NCBI GenBank assembly: GCA_965204725.1
Contig: OZ242005.1
Coordinates: 1,824,001-1,888,000, forward strand
DNA: 64,000 nt
Direction of reading: 5' to 3'
From: Candidatus Latescibacterota bacterium
Lineage (GTDB): Bacteria; Latescibacterota; UBA2968; UBA8231
Positions within the stretch are counted from its first letter, which is position 1; every line of letters begins with the position of its first letter. Shown in pieces: positions 1-10,209 of the stretch. The position numbers and the translations under genes are program-made. The notes under the pieces were generated by a model, which was given only the letters and a program-made list of their open reading frames with translations, was not told the origin of the DNA and did not search any database.

Positions 1-144
1 TTCAGCTCCGCTATCAGCACAAGAAATCGCTCGGCCAAGCCGCGGCGCGCCTCGGCCTTTCTCGCGCTGCACTATCTGCACTCGAACAGAGCGGGTTAGA
101 AAAACTGCGCCGAGGGCTCGAGGATTGGCACCGAGGCGTCTGAA

Positions 145-1659
145 TTGCAGCAGCGGCTCTTTCCCCTGCTCGCCTCGGCCCTCCTATCGGGCCTGCTCTT
201 CGTAGTTAGCGTCCCCAAATTCGATCTCTATTACCTCGCTTGGATTTGCCTGCTGCCGCTCTTTTTGGCTCGGCACTGGCTGCCCGCCCAAAGCCACTTC
301 GCCCTCGGGCTGGTCGCTGGCCTCGCTTGGGCTACTGGGCGCACGTATTGGATCACCGAGACTCTGCAATTGTACGGCGCGCTCTCTTTGGCCGCCGCCG
401 TGGCGACAAACGCGCTGCTCATCGCATACATGGCCTTGTATCTGGCCTGCTTTGTCGCGGTGTGCCGTCGTCTAAACTTTTCCTCGCCGCTCTTTGCTTG
501 GTCGGCCGCCGGCGTCTGGGTCCTTTTGGAGTGGGTGCAAAACTGGATGTTGAGCGGCTTCCCTTGGCAGCTTTTGGGCTACTCCCAGTACCTCAACCTA
601 CCTCTCTTACAATGGGCGGCCATAACCGGGGTCTATGGACTCAGTTTCCTCATCGTCCTATTCAACGCCGCGTTGGCCCAAGCCCTCTCGCACCGCGCCT
701 TCATTCCCTATCTGAGCCTGCCTCTTTTCCTGCTGGTCGCCGTTTATCTCTGGGGCCTGTATCGGCTGCACGACGAGCCGGACCCGCCGCCCGCGACCCT
801 GAAGGTCGGCGTCGTCCAAGGCAATATCCCCCAAGACCGCAAGTGGCAGGAGAATCGGCTGGCTTGGACGGCTCGGCACTACGCCGCGCTCACTCGGGAC
901 TTGGCGACCGCGGAAAAACCCGCGCTGATCATCTACCCCGAGACGGCCCTGCCGCTCTATTTTGGCGATCCTTTGTACGCGGCCTATGTCGATTCGATAA
1001 CAGCCCTAGCGCGGGAGTTGCATACGCCCATGTTGGTGGGCAGCCTTGAGGGGGATTCGCAAAACCGCACGGCTCCGGTCTATAACCGGGCCTTCCTGCT
1101 CAATGTTCAAGGGAAAGTTGTGGATTACGCCGACAAGGTCCACTTGGTGCCTTTTGGCGAGTTTCTGCCCTTCCCGTCCATCTTTCACTATTTGGGAGGG
1201 CTTACGGCCGAAAGCGGCCTATTCGCCCACGGCGCAAGGCACAAAGCCCTGCGGCTTCCGCGCAGCGACACTTCATTCGGGGTCTTTATTTGCTACGAGT
1301 CTATCTTCCCGGAAATCACCCGCGCCCTGATGGCCCAAGACCCTGACTTTCTGGTCAACACCACCAACGACGCTTGGTTTGGCACCACCGCGGCTCCTCA
1401 TCAGCACTTTGCCCAAGTCGTCCTGCGGGCCGTAGAAAGCGGGCGGGCCGTAGTCCGCGCCGCCAATACCGGCATTTCCGGCTTAATCGAACCAAGCGGG
1501 CGAATTGCCTATCGCACGCCGCTTTTTACCACCGAGGGCTTTGCCCTAGACGTGCCCTTGCATCAAGGACAGACGATGTACACGCGCTACGGAGACTGGC
1601 CGCTCATGCTCTGCGCCCTCGCCCTAACGCTGACCGCGGCTCGCAAAAATAGGGCGTAG
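145..1659 (+). CDS. lnt: Apolipoprotein N-acyltransferase
   Basis: N-terminal TM helices, GFPW motif, VQGNIPQ, and a nitrilase-fold triad: YPETA (E), KVHLVPFGE (K), ICYESIF (C); also TNDAWFG and RAANTGIS. Confidence 0.95.
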   Translation: MQQRLFPLLASALLSGLLFVVSVPKFDLYYLAWICLLPLFLARHWLPAQSHFALGLVAGLAWATGRTYWITETLQLYGALSLAAAVATNALLIAYMALYLACFVAVCRRLNFSSPLFAWSAAGVWVLLEWVQNWMLSGFPWQLLGYSQYLNLPLLQWAAITGVYGLSFLIVLFNAALAQALSHRAFIPYLSLPLFLLVAVYLWGLYRLHDEPDPPPATLKVGVVQGNIPQDRKWQENRLAWTARHYAALTRDLATAEKPALIIYPETALPLYFGDPLYAAYVDSITALARELHTPMLVGSLEGDSQNRTAPVYNRAFLLNVQGKVVDYADKVHLVPFGEFLPFPSIFHYLGGLTAESGLFAHGARHKALRLPRSDTSFGVFICYESIFPEITRALMAQDPDFLVNTTNDAWFGTTAAPHQHFAQVVLRAVESGRAVVRAANTGISGLIEPSGRIAYRTPLFTTEGFALDVPLHQGQTMYTRYGDWPLMLCALALTLTAARKNRA

Positions 1660-1724
1660 TCCCAACGCTACGCCCTATTACCACCCGTCGGCCTGTAGAA
1701 CTGCCCGGTTCAGTCTGCCGAGGG

Positions 1725-1920
1725 CTACGTCTTCCGCAATGAGATATCCGAACTCTCGAATATTTTTCCATATCCCTCTGTTTGGGCATCCGTGGAGTAG
1801 CGACAGTATAGCCGCCATATATCCTGCCACAGCGAATCGTCGTGGTCGAGGTGCTTGACGTTAAGGCCCAAAGCTTTCGCCTCATTTGAGTCGATTAACG
1901 CACGGACTCTGTAGCAAAAG
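1725..1920 (-). pseudogene. C-terminal remnant of an SDH/ClpP-like serine protease
   Basis: IDSNEAKALGLNVKHLDHDDSLWQDIWRLY...KIFES resembles the C-terminus of SDH_sah-family proteases. There is no catalytic N-terminal part; the upstream boundary is approximate. Confidence 0.55.
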
Positions 1921-1943
1921 ATCAGGATGCCTTCCCTAGCCCC

Positions 1944-1997
1944 TCCCAGCAGGGCGCATATCCGGGCCATCGCAGCCAGCTCTGCGCCCTGCTGGGA
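1944..1997. repeat. Perfect 15-bp inverted repeat with 24-nt loop
   Basis: tcccagcagggcgca (1944-1958) / tgcgccctgctggga (1983-1997). Confidence 0.85.
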
Positions 1998-2035
1998 CAC
2001 ACACGAACAGGCCGAGAGGCCGAAGGAGGAAGACG

Positions 2036-3055
2036 ATGGACAAGGATCAGATGTTCTACAAGTACTACAGCCTAGCACCGGAAAGTATCGAATACACGCT
2101 GGCCGCGATTGAGGGAAATTATGTTTGGGCGACCAAGCCTTCCGAGTTTTCCGATCCCTATGATAGTCCCCATGCTCTCAGTCGGCATTTTGGAGGAAAT
2201 CTATTCAAAGTGCATAACAGGAAGGTTACGAGGGAGGGGATCAACGCCATTTACCAAGAGATTCAAAAGAATCGCTCGGAATTAACATTGCCCAACGAAA
2301 TAGATGAAGCAACATGGGATCGCTATGCCGCTCTGTATGATGCTTTTGTTTCCAAATTTTGCGATTTGTGGTCTGGCAAAAAAAGTACGGGAAAGGATTT
2401 ATTCCAAGAATTGTCTGCGTACATTGAGCATCAGGTTGGCATCTGCTGCTTCACGACAAGTCCCCTAAATCTCTTCATGTGGGACAAGTATGCTTCGGGA
2501 TACAGCGGCATTTGCGCCAAGTACAAATTTGTTGAAGAGATTCCGTCTCCAGTAAAATACCCAGAAAACTACAGAGGCGGAGGTCTTAAATTGGATTTCT
2601 ACGAAACGCTCAGGAATCCTGAAATTTTATGGGAGAGCTTCTTTGTCAAGCTGCCCCATTACAAAGAAGAAAACGAATACCGAATCCTTTATTTCACAAG
2701 CGAGCCTGACAGGATTTGCGATCCCGACGGGAAGGGGCACAGAAAATTCAGAGGAGCGCAACTGCTCTCCCTGTATTTTGGAAACAAAACCCCACCCGAA
2801 CTTGTTAGGGTGTGTTGTCAATTAGCTCCCGGGCATGTGGCACTCGCTAGGCTTGCTGTGGATGACATACAAGGCAAGGCTCACATCCAAGGATTTGGGG
2901 ACAATGGAGTTCCTCTTACCGCCAAGGACTACAGGGACAACGAAAACCACCTAGAAAGCGGCATGAAGGAGCGCATAGCTGTCATTCCTCAATACGACAA
3001 CAAACATCGGGCCATCCCCGAGGCCGTTAGCCGGTTAATATCCGGTAATTCCTAG
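2036..3055 (+). CDS. DUF2971 domain-containing protein
   Basis: FYKY...PSEFSDPYD...ICCFT...LFMWDKYASGYSGIC...K...ENEYR motif series; AAGGAGG RBS; lower GC than flanks. Confidence 0.8.
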   Translation: MDKDQMFYKYYSLAPESIEYTLAAIEGNYVWATKPSEFSDPYDSPHALSRHFGGNLFKVHNRKVTREGINAIYQEIQKNRSELTLPNEIDEATWDRYAALYDAFVSKFCDLWSGKKSTGKDLFQELSAYIEHQVGICCFTTSPLNLFMWDKYASGYSGICAKYKFVEEIPSPVKYPENYRGGGLKLDFYETLRNPEILWESFFVKLPHYKEENEYRILYFTSEPDRICDPDGKGHRKFRGAQLLSLYFGNKTPPELVRVCCQLAPGHVALARLAVDDIQGKAHIQGFGDNGVPLTAKDYRDNENHLESGMKERIAVIPQYDNKHRAIPEAVSRLISGNS

Positions 3056-3150
3056 CCATAGAAGGAGGCGCAGTGCAATGAGGCTTTTGGACGAAGCAAA
3101 GGATCTCTTGGAGAGAGCTAAGAGCAATAGCGGATACATCACGGGGATGC

Positions 3151-3333
3151 TCATTTTAGGAACTTTGTTCCCGAAGGAACACTTCGCCGACTAGCAGGGG
3201 GTTTTTCAATGGATTCGGTGTATTGCTTGAAGCTCTCGAGGAACTGAGCGTACGAATCCCGAAGGCCGGGCCGCTCTTTCACGAGTCGCTCGCGCTCTTT
3301 GATAAGTGCCTTGCCGGTTTCCAGATTTCTCAT
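3151..3333 (-). CDS. Small hypothetical protein (60 aa)
   Basis: ATG preceded by GGGAG; charged helical sequence within the low-GC islet. Confidence 0.45.
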   Translation of the reverse strand: MRNLETGKALIKERERLVKERPGLRDSYAQFLESFKQYTESIEKPPASRRSVPSGTKFLK

Positions 3334-3455
3334 TGCGAATATCTCCCATCTCGGCTCGGACCAAGAACCAAAGAAAGGTCAAATTGTAATCCCTCAGAAT
3401 GGCTGAAGTTATTGAACGTCGTTCAAGTGGCTAACGCGGCCCGCAAAAGCTGGCA

Positions 3456-4238
3456 TTAGGCATGGCGACTGAACACTACCGGGCAGTGCGTCGGATCGTC
3501 GATAAAGGCCGTCAGGCCCGCTCGCTTGCCATCCACCGGGCGCGATCGCTCAGTGCGCAGGTGAACGGCCAAGCTGCGCCGCGGCCCCGCAGAGTAATTG
3601 GGGCCACTGCCGTGTAGCGTCAAGCAGTGGTGAAAACTCACGCCGCCTTTGGGCAGGGTCGCCGCCACTTCCACCCACTCGCCGTTAGCCAGCGCGACCA
3701 ACTCTTGCTTCTGTTGGGCGAGGTCTTGGCCAAAGAAATCGCTGCCCGGCAGCAATCCCCACTGATGCGAGCCGCGCACAAAGTGCATCGGCCCGTCCGC
3801 TGGGCCGACCTCGCTCAAGGCGATCCAAGCCGTAAACAGCTCGCTGCCCTCTTCCCAAGCCCCCCAGTAGTTGCGGTCCTGATGCCATCCCACGTTGACA
3901 TCGCCGATCCCCGGCGGCTTGTACAGCAACTGCACCCACCAGACTTGCACCCACTCGGCCCCACAGACTTCAGCGGCCAACGCCCCGAGGGCCGGGTGTT
4001 TGATCATATCCATAATCGCCCGATTGGCGATTTGGGGCTTTTCAATTTTGCACAACCGCTGCGGGTCGTCGCCCGGCTGCCAAGCCGAGGGCCGGGGCGG
4101 CACCCCGGTATCGTACTCGCCCCGCCGCACCGCATCCATGCCCTCAACGGCGCGATCGACGACAGCTACGGGCCATAAGGCTGCGTCGTGGATGTAAAAC
4201 CCATCCCGCGTATATGCCGCTTTGCGACTTTTGCTCAT
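3456..4238 (-). CDS. Phytanoyl-CoA dioxygenase (PhyH) family Fe(II)/2OG oxygenase
   Basis: KPP...WHQD...TAWIAL...GSH...HGSGPN...RR motifs. Confidence 0.9.
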   Translation of the reverse strand: MSKSRKAAYTRDGFYIHDAALWPVAVVDRAVEGMDAVRRGEYDTGVPPRPSAWQPGDDPQRLCKIEKPQIANRAIMDMIKHPALGALAAEVCGAEWVQVWWVQLLYKPPGIGDVNVGWHQDRNYWGAWEEGSELFTAWIALSEVGPADGPMHFVRGSHQWGLLPGSDFFGQDLAQQKQELVALANGEWVEVAATLPKGGVSFHHCLTLHGSGPNYSAGPRRSLAVHLRTERSRPVDGKRAGLTAFIDDPTHCPVVFSRHA

Positions 4239-4253
4239 CGGCCCCGGCCCTCC

Positions 4254-5360
4254 TCAAGCCGGACAAGCGGGAATATCGACCCACCGCCGCTCGGCCGCAG
4301 CCTGGAGAATGGAGTCGGCCACGGCCTGCGCCCGCATCCCGTGATAAAACGAAGGCACGCAATCGCGCCCTTCGCGGATGGCACTGACGAATTCCCACGC
4401 TTGGTCGTAGCGGAAGGTCTGCACGGGATCGCCGACCGCCGGATCGCGCGGCGCATTGGGGCGCGTGAGAAACTCCGCGGGCACGGGCCGGCTCTGATAG
4501 GGTTCGTCGCGGGGCGCGAAAAGCACCTCGTGGGGCGCGTGCAGGCGATAGACGACCGAGGCGTCTTCCCCGTTGAGCTCGGCCAAGTCGTGGTCGCCCT
4601 TCGGGCCGTAGCCCTTGCTCAACTTGCCCATCTCAAAGACGCCTGTGGCACCGTTGGCAAACTCGGCGATCCACGCAATCCAATCTTCCACGTCCTGCGG
4701 TGGGCACGGCTGGCCTTCGCGGGTTTGATCGCGCGGCACCACCTGCTTGGCCGCGCTGCACACCGCCTCTATCGGCCCCAGCAGATCCTCGGCAAAATCA
4801 ATGCGGTGAATGCCCATATCGGCCAGCTCGCCCGACCCGGCGTAGCGCTTGTATTGCCGCCAGCCAATGGCGCGCTCTCCCCAGTCTTGCAGGCGCTGGA
4901 AACGGGCGTGGCGAATCGGCCCGAGTGCCCCGGTCTGCACCAAGTGGCGGATGTAGTTCATGGCTGGCACAAAGCGATAGGTAAAAGCCGTCATGTGGCG
5001 ACGCCCCGACGCCTTGCCCCGGTCGTAGATCGCCCGAGTTTGGGCAAAATCCATGCCTAGGGGCTTCTCGCACAGCACGTGGCAGTTCGCGTCTAAGGCT
5101 TGGACGATCAGCTCGTAGTGATAGACATTGGGCACGGCGATGCAGACCGCATCCGGGGCCACCGCATCTAAGAGCGCGTCCAGCCGGTCAAAAGCGGCTG
5201 CAATGCCCCATTCCGCTTGCCGCTTTTGCCGCAGCGTCTCGTTTGGCTCGCAGATTCCAGCAATTTCGACCCCGGGGATCAGCCGCAACCCTGGGTAGTG
5301 TACCCCCGCACAGACGCCGCCAGTGCCCACCAGCCCCACGCGCAGGACCTCTGAGTTCAT
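4254..5360 (-). CDS. Gfo/Idh/MocA family oxidoreductase
   Basis: VGLVGTG Rossmann start, HVLCEKP, DMGIH. Confidence 0.9.
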   Translation of the reverse strand: MNSEVLRVGLVGTGGVCAGVHYPGLRLIPGVEIAGICEPNETLRQKRQAEWGIAAAFDRLDALLDAVAPDAVCIAVPNVYHYELIVQALDANCHVLCEKPLGMDFAQTRAIYDRGKASGRRHMTAFTYRFVPAMNYIRHLVQTGALGPIRHARFQRLQDWGERAIGWRQYKRYAGSGELADMGIHRIDFAEDLLGPIEAVCSAAKQVVPRDQTREGQPCPPQDVEDWIAWIAEFANGATGVFEMGKLSKGYGPKGDHDLAELNGEDASVVYRLHAPHEVLFAPRDEPYQSRPVPAEFLTRPNAPRDPAVGDPVQTFRYDQAWEFVSAIREGRDCVPSFYHGMRAQAVADSILQAAAERRWVDIPACPA

Positions 5361-6280
5361 ACGACCTCCTTCGCTTGCATTTGCCGCTCGGCCTCGGCCA
5401 GCGCATCGACGAGCGCGTGCAATCTCGGCAAGTCCTCAGCCGCCACGTCCTCGGCAAAGGGGATCACCGGCCCGCCGGCCAGCCCGACCCGCTCCATAGC
5501 CGCGTGCAGTGCCGAGCCGCTATAGCGCGCCATCCGCTCGCCGCGCAGATCCTCAAAGGGCACCATCTGCCGCCGAATCTCCTCCGCGCCGGCGCGATCG
5601 CCGGCTGCAAAACGCGCTAGGAGTGCTCGGCTCAGGCTGGGGACGAAGTTGGCCATCCCCGAGCTAAACCCCACCGCGCCAGCGGCCATGTAGTCGATAC
5701 AAGGGTCTTCGGCCATGCCGCAGACCATGGCCGCGTCCTCCCCAGCACCCGCGGCGATCGGCCGGAACGCTTCTAGGTCGTCAACGGCGTATTTAAGCCC
5801 CACCACTTCGTCTAGCCGACACAGCACCACTATTTGCTCGACCGGCATAATATCGAGCCGACGCTGATACAGTATCACGGGCAACTGGGTTTTCTCGGCA
5901 ATGGCGCGCAGGCCGACCGCAACGCCTCGGGCCGAGGCCGGCCCGACGATGGGCATGATCATCACCCCGGCGACTCCTACGGAGCGGGCGATTCCGCCCA
6001 TTTCCAGCGCTCGACCATACCCCGGCCCGATCCCCGGCACCACCAACGCCTCCCCGGCCGCCGCCTCCACAAAGGAGCCAACAACGGCCTCGTATTCGTC
6101 TAAGGTCATATCGTACACCAGCCCCGTGCCGCACGCCGGCATAATAAAATCGACGCCCCGTTCACAGAGAAAGCGCACGTTGCGACCAATCCCCGCCAAG
6201 TCAAGGCCCCGTTCTCGGTCGCGGGGCGCGATCGCGACGACCAACACATTGTGGCAATGTTCTTTTTGCAATGCTCTCAT
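5357..6280 (-). CDS. Dihydrodipicolinate synthase family protein (5-dehydro-4-deoxyglucarate dehydratase-like)
   Basis: CGTG, LPVILYQR, VVGLKYA (Schiff-base Lys), GFSSGMANF. Confidence 0.85.
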   Translation of the reverse strand: MRALQKEHCHNVLVVAIAPRDRERGLDLAGIGRNVRFLCERGVDFIMPACGTGLVYDMTLDEYEAVVGSFVEAAAGEALVVPGIGPGYGRALEMGGIARSVGVAGVMIMPIVGPASARGVAVGLRAIAEKTQLPVILYQRRLDIMPVEQIVVLCRLDEVVGLKYAVDDLEAFRPIAAGAGEDAAMVCGMAEDPCIDYMAAGAVGFSSGMANFVPSLSRALLARFAAGDRAGAEEIRRQMVPFEDLRGERMARYSGSALHAAMERVGLAGGPVIPFAEDVAAEDLPRLHALVDALAEAERQMQAKEVV

Positions 6281-6289
6281 TTCGTGCTC

Positions 6290-6661
6290 CTAAGCCCAGA
6301 CGGTTTTGGCCGAAGTTGTGGCGTGTTGGTTGTAGTGCTCCAGATAGTCCTCGCGCGGCGGGCTGAAGATGTCGAGGATTTTGGCCGGTCCCGCTTCGAC
6401 GATCCCCCAGTGGACCACGTTGGGCGGAATCAAGAAGGCGTCGCCCGGGCCGGTGACGCGCTCCTCGGCCCCAATGCGAAAGCGGAAACGCCCGGCGAGC
6501 ACCAAGCCCGCTTGCTCGTGCGGGTGGCTGTGCTCGGGCACTTCGCAGCCCTCTTCCATGTCCAAAAACGAGAGCATCAGCCGCTCGCCAGCCACCAAGC
6601 CGCTATTGATTTGGGGAAAAAGCTCTACGGCCGCAAGTTCTGCGGGATTGATAAAGGGCAT
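6290..6661 (-). CDS. Cupin domain protein
   Basis: HSHPHEQ...IPPNVVH...DIFSPPREDY. Confidence 0.9.
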   Translation of the reverse strand: MPFINPAELAAVELFPQINSGLVAGERLMLSFLDMEEGCEVPEHSHPHEQAGLVLAGRFRFRIGAEERVTGPGDAFLIPPNVVHWGIVEAGPAKILDIFSPPREDYLEHYNQHATTSAKTVWA

Positions 6662-6678
6662 CGTCTCCTCCTATTCTC

Positions 6679-8010
6679 CTATTCGACAAAGCTCCGCAAC
6701 CAAGCATCGCCGCGATAGCGCGGCCACAGCGTGACAAAGCGACCGACCATGAGGCCGCTATAGGCCATCCAAGCACCGGCCAACTCCCAATCCAACCAGT
6801 ATATAAAAACCAACGCCGCCGGCACAAACACCCCAAAGGTGGCCAGCGCCATCGCCTTGAATAGATACCCCATATCGCTCGCGCCAATAAAAATTCCGTC
6901 AAAGACAAAGACCACGGCGTTCAACGGCTGGATCAGGGCGATGAGTACATAGAGCGAGCCGACCTGTTCTACAACTTCCCGATGCGGAGTAAACAGCGCG
7001 GCAATAGGCTCCAAAGCCGCGAGGTACGCCAAGCCAAACCCCGCCCCGAGCCCCAAGCCCCAGCCGATGATCCGCCGCGCAAACTGCCGGGCCTCGGCAA
7101 AACGGCGTCCTCCCACACAGCGGCCGACCAGCGTCTCGGCGGCGTGTGCAAAGCCGTCAACGGCAAAGCTGGTCAGCCCCCAGATCTGCAAAATCACGGC
7201 GTTGGCGGCCAGCGGTGCTTCGCCCATCCGCGAGACCATGCCGAGCGTAAAAAAACCGGCAAATTGCAGACAGAGGGTGCGGCCAAAGAGGAAGGCATTG
7301 GTTTGCAGCAAGCGCTTCATCGCCGACAGGTCCCACAGCCTCGTCGGCCACGCCCGCAGATAGGGGCGGTAGCGGCGGAGCAACAAAAACCCCCCGGTGG
7401 CCAGCGCGGCCCCATTGCCCAGCACCGAAGCCCAAGCCGCCCCTTCGACGCCCAGCTTGGGCGCACCCCACTTGCCGTAGATAAGCGCGTAGTCCGCGCC
7501 GATATTGACCGCGTTGGCAACGGTCGTAACCCAAAGGGGGGCTATGGCATTGGCGGTCCCGAGGAAAAAACCGTTGATCGTCATAACGCTCAGCGCGAGG
7601 GGGGCTTCCCACACCCGGATGGCGAAGTAGCGCGTGCCCCAGTGCTGGACTTGGGCAGACCCGCCGGCCAGCTCAAACCCAACTCGGCTGATCCAGTCGC
7701 CGGCCGCCACAACGGCCATGCCGAGGCCAGCGGCCACGATGAGCGAGCGATAGAGCACCGCCGCGCTCTGGCGTCGATCCCCGGCCCCACAGTACTGGGC
7801 CACCAAGGCCGTGGTCCCCATCCGCAGAAAGGCCAAGCACCAGAATATGGCGTTGAAGATCAAACTCGCCGTAGAGACCGCGCCCATAAAGGCCACTTCC
7901 GGCAAATGGCCGATCAACGCCGTGTCGGCAATGCCGATCAGGGGCGTCGATAGGGCCGCGAGGATATTGGGAATGGCGAGGCGAAAGATCCGGCGGTCGA
8001 GAGCCTTCAA
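6679..8010 (-). CDS. MATE family efflux transporter (DinF-like)
   Basis: LAIPNI...DTALIGH...FLRMGTT...DGFAHAAE...DGIFIG; probable TTG start at 8010 behind GGAGGA. Confidence 0.9.
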   Translation of the reverse strand: MKALDRRIFRLAIPNILAALSTPLIGIADTALIGHLPEVAFMGAVSTASLIFNAIFWCLAFLRMGTTALVAQYCGAGDRRQSAAVLYRSLIVAAGLGMAVVAAGDWISRVGFELAGGSAQVQHWGTRYFAIRVWEAPLALSVMTINGFFLGTANAIAPLWVTTVANAVNIGADYALIYGKWGAPKLGVEGAAWASVLGNGAALATGGFLLLRRYRPYLRAWPTRLWDLSAMKRLLQTNAFLFGRTLCLQFAGFFTLGMVSRMGEAPLAANAVILQIWGLTSFAVDGFAHAAETLVGRCVGGRRFAEARQFARRIIGWGLGLGAGFGLAYLAALEPIAALFTPHREVVEQVGSLYVLIALIQPLNAVVFVFDGIFIGASDMGYLFKAMALATFGVFVPAALVFIYWLDWELAGAWMAYSGLMVGRFVTLWPRYRGDAWLRSFVE

Positions 8011-8312
8011 TCCTCCGCCTCGGGACGCCAGCCAAATTGGTTCAGGTCGATGCGTTGCGCGGTAAAGACGACGCCTTCGTTGGCTAAAAGCGCGTATTGC
8101 AACAGATGATTGTGGCCGCTGCGCGGCGAGACCTTGCCTTGGGCGTTGATGATGCGGTGCCAAGGCAGGTCCCATTCTTCGGGCATCCCGGCTAGCGCAA
8201 AACCGACTTGCCGCGCCCGCCCCGGATAGCCGGCTAGCGTCGCGATCTGCCCGTAGGTCGCCACCTTGCCGTAGGGTACGCCGGCGATGGTCTCGTAAAA
8301 GGCCCGGCGCAT
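8007..8312 (-). CDS. Alkyltransferase-like (MGMT family, Atl/YbaZ type) protein
   Basis: VPYGKVATYGQIA...ARQVG...PWHRI, with Trp in place of the active Cys. Confidence 0.9.
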   Translation of the reverse strand: MRRAFYETIAGVPYGKVATYGQIATLAGYPGRARQVGFALAGMPEEWDLPWHRIINAQGKVSPRSGHNHLLQYALLANEGVVFTAQRIDLNQFGWRPEAED

Positions 8313-8319
8313 GGGGCTC

Positions 8320-8544
8320 TCAGCCGTTGGGGGCTGCGGCCTCATCGCGCCCCTCCAAAAAGTCGAGGGCTTTCACATAGCTGCGCTTGGCCAAGAAGTG
8401 GCGCAACTCCGCCGGGACTTTTTCGCCCAGCGCGTGGTCGAGTTCGTCGAGCCGCTGCAGATGCGCGGCAATCGCCTCGCCCTCGCAGTTGTCAATGGCC
8501 GCCAGCAGCGCTTGCAGGGTGGCGTGCAATTGGTCCAGTGCCAT
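8320..8544 (-). CDS. Small hypothetical protein
   Basis: Fills the gap in a tightly packed operon; helical; LRHFLAKRSYVKAL motif. Confidence 0.7.
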   Translation of the reverse strand: MALDQLHATLQALLAAIDNCEGEAIAAHLQRLDELDHALGEKVPAELRHFLAKRSYVKALDFLEGRDEAAAPNG

Positions 8545-8545
8545 C

Positions 8546-9268
8546 TCAAGCCGCCATGATGAGGTAGGAAAGCCACTCGGCGTGCGGGTTGCGGATCGCG
8601 TAGCGCGTGCCCGGGGGCAGGTGGATCATGTCTCCCTCCCGAATCTCCTGCTCGTCGCCCTCGGCCTCCAAGACCCCGCTGTTTTCCAGCACGTAATAGA
8701 CCTGCTCCAGCGTTTGGCAGCATCGCTCGACCGCCCGTCCGCGGGGCTGTACGGCCTCGCGGTCAATGCAGCGCAGCCCCTGCGTACAGCCCCCGTCCTC
8801 CTCGCCGACCGGGCCGAGCTGGTGCCAGCGCACTGCGCCCGCGCCGTCGCCTAGCGCCGGTACATCGCGCCAGTTGCGGATGGCAAACTCCCCGCTGTTG
8901 GCGGCGATCCTTTGGCTGATCACGTGGTGTTCGAGCCAGTCCTCGCTGGTGTCGTTAAACATCTGGTGATGGACGCCCGACGGCAGGTACACCGCGTCGC
9001 CCTCCTGCACGGGGAACCGCTCCGTGTCAAAGAGCACGTGGCCCCGGCCCGAGAGCACGTAGTACACCTGTTCGAGGTTTTCGTGCTTGTGGTAATCCGA
9101 ATTCTTGCGGCCCTGTAGCGCGTGGCGGGCAAAGCCCTGTAGCCGCTTGAGGCAATGGCGCGGATCCGGGTCGTCGTCGCCATCGCGGTCGCGCAACCCG
9201 CCCCAATGCACCGCGCTCAGATGGGCTATATTGGGTTGGACATCGCGCCAATTGATGATATACACCAC
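8546..9268 (-). CDS. Bicupin protein
   Basis: Two internally homologous halves (NWRDV...LEQVYYVL...EGD..LP.G); His ligands kept only in the first. Confidence 0.85.
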   Translation of the reverse strand: MVYIINWRDVQPNIAHLSAVHWGGLRDRDGDDDPDPRHCLKRLQGFARHALQGRKNSDYHKHENLEQVYYVLSGRGHVLFDTERFPVQEGDAVYLPSGVHHQMFNDTSEDWLEHHVISQRIAANSGEFAIRNWRDVPALGDGAGAVRWHQLGPVGEEDGGCTQGLRCIDREAVQPRGRAVERCCQTLEQVYYVLENSGVLEAEGDEQEIREGDMIHLPPGTRYAIRNPHAEWLSYLIMAA

Positions 9269-9292
9269 GTCTTATTCCTCCTTAATGGATGG

Positions 9293-10084
9293 TTACAAAG
9301 CGGCGATTTGGCGCATGCGCGCACCTAAATCGATGAGTTCTTCGCGGCTGCCGCCCACCTCGTGAATCAGGGTGGAATCGTATCCCACCGCTCGCAGGGC
9401 GGCCATGACCGCCGACCAGTCTGTATCCCCTTCGAGCAGGTTGACGAAGCGGTGCTCGCTGCGGCAAAAATCCTTGAAATGGACCTTCTTGATGCGCGGC
9501 CCCAACTCGCGGATCCAGTGCTCGGGGTAGCCGTAGGCCATCATGTTGGCCGTGTCGAGGTAAATCCCGACCCACTCGCTGCCGACTTCATCGACGAAGA
9601 GCCGAGCTTCGCACGGGCTGAGCAGGAACTTGTTCCAGACGTTTTCCAAGCCAATGGCCGCCCCCATCTGCTCGGCTAAGGGGGCGGTGCTAATCAGCGC
9701 GTCCCGCAACCCATCCCAAGCCTGCTGATAGGTACCCTCGACCGCTAGCTGGCCCGGGTGCAACAGCACCCCATCAACCGACAGCGCACCGGCGATCTCG
9801 AGCGAGCGTCGCAAGCACTGGAGGCACTGCTCCCGCTCGCTGGCATCGCGGCTGAGCAGGTTGCCGCGCTCTTGGTACCAGACGATGACGCTGCCGATTT
9901 CAACGCCCGCGTCCGCGCACTGTCGCCCGACCTCGGCGATCGCGTTGGCGCTCAGGCTCGGATCGAGGTCCTTGCCCTCGGCAAAGACCAATTCCACGGC
10001 TTGGTAGCCCGCGTCCTCGCACAACCGCAACGTGTCCTCCAGCGGCATGTCTCCCAAGATGATCTGGGTAATCCCTATTTTCAT
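9293..10084 (-). CDS. Sugar phosphate isomerase/epimerase (xylose isomerase-like TIM barrel)
   Basis: LENVWNKFLLSP, DTAN, VHFKDF motifs. Confidence 0.9.
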   Translation of the reverse strand: MKIGITQIILGDMPLEDTLRLCEDAGYQAVELVFAEGKDLDPSLSANAIAEVGRQCADAGVEIGSVIVWYQERGNLLSRDASEREQCLQCLRRSLEIAGALSVDGVLLHPGQLAVEGTYQQAWDGLRDALISTAPLAEQMGAAIGLENVWNKFLLSPCEARLFVDEVGSEWVGIYLDTANMMAYGYPEHWIRELGPRIKKVHFKDFCRSEHRFVNLLEGDTDWSAVMAALRAVGYDSTLIHEVGGSREELIDLGARMRQIAAL

Positions 10085-10209
10085 CAATAGTTCCTCCTCT
10101 TAGACAGAAACTTGGCCTTCCCCACCCGTTTGAAGCCTATACTCAAAATCGCTACGTTTGTCCTCCTAACTTCAACGCAACGTATCGCATAACATATAAG
10201 GAGGCCATC

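Noticed and set aside
1660-3455. Integron cassette array
   Set aside because: No convincing paired RYYYAAC/GTTRRRY attC structures and no integron integrase.
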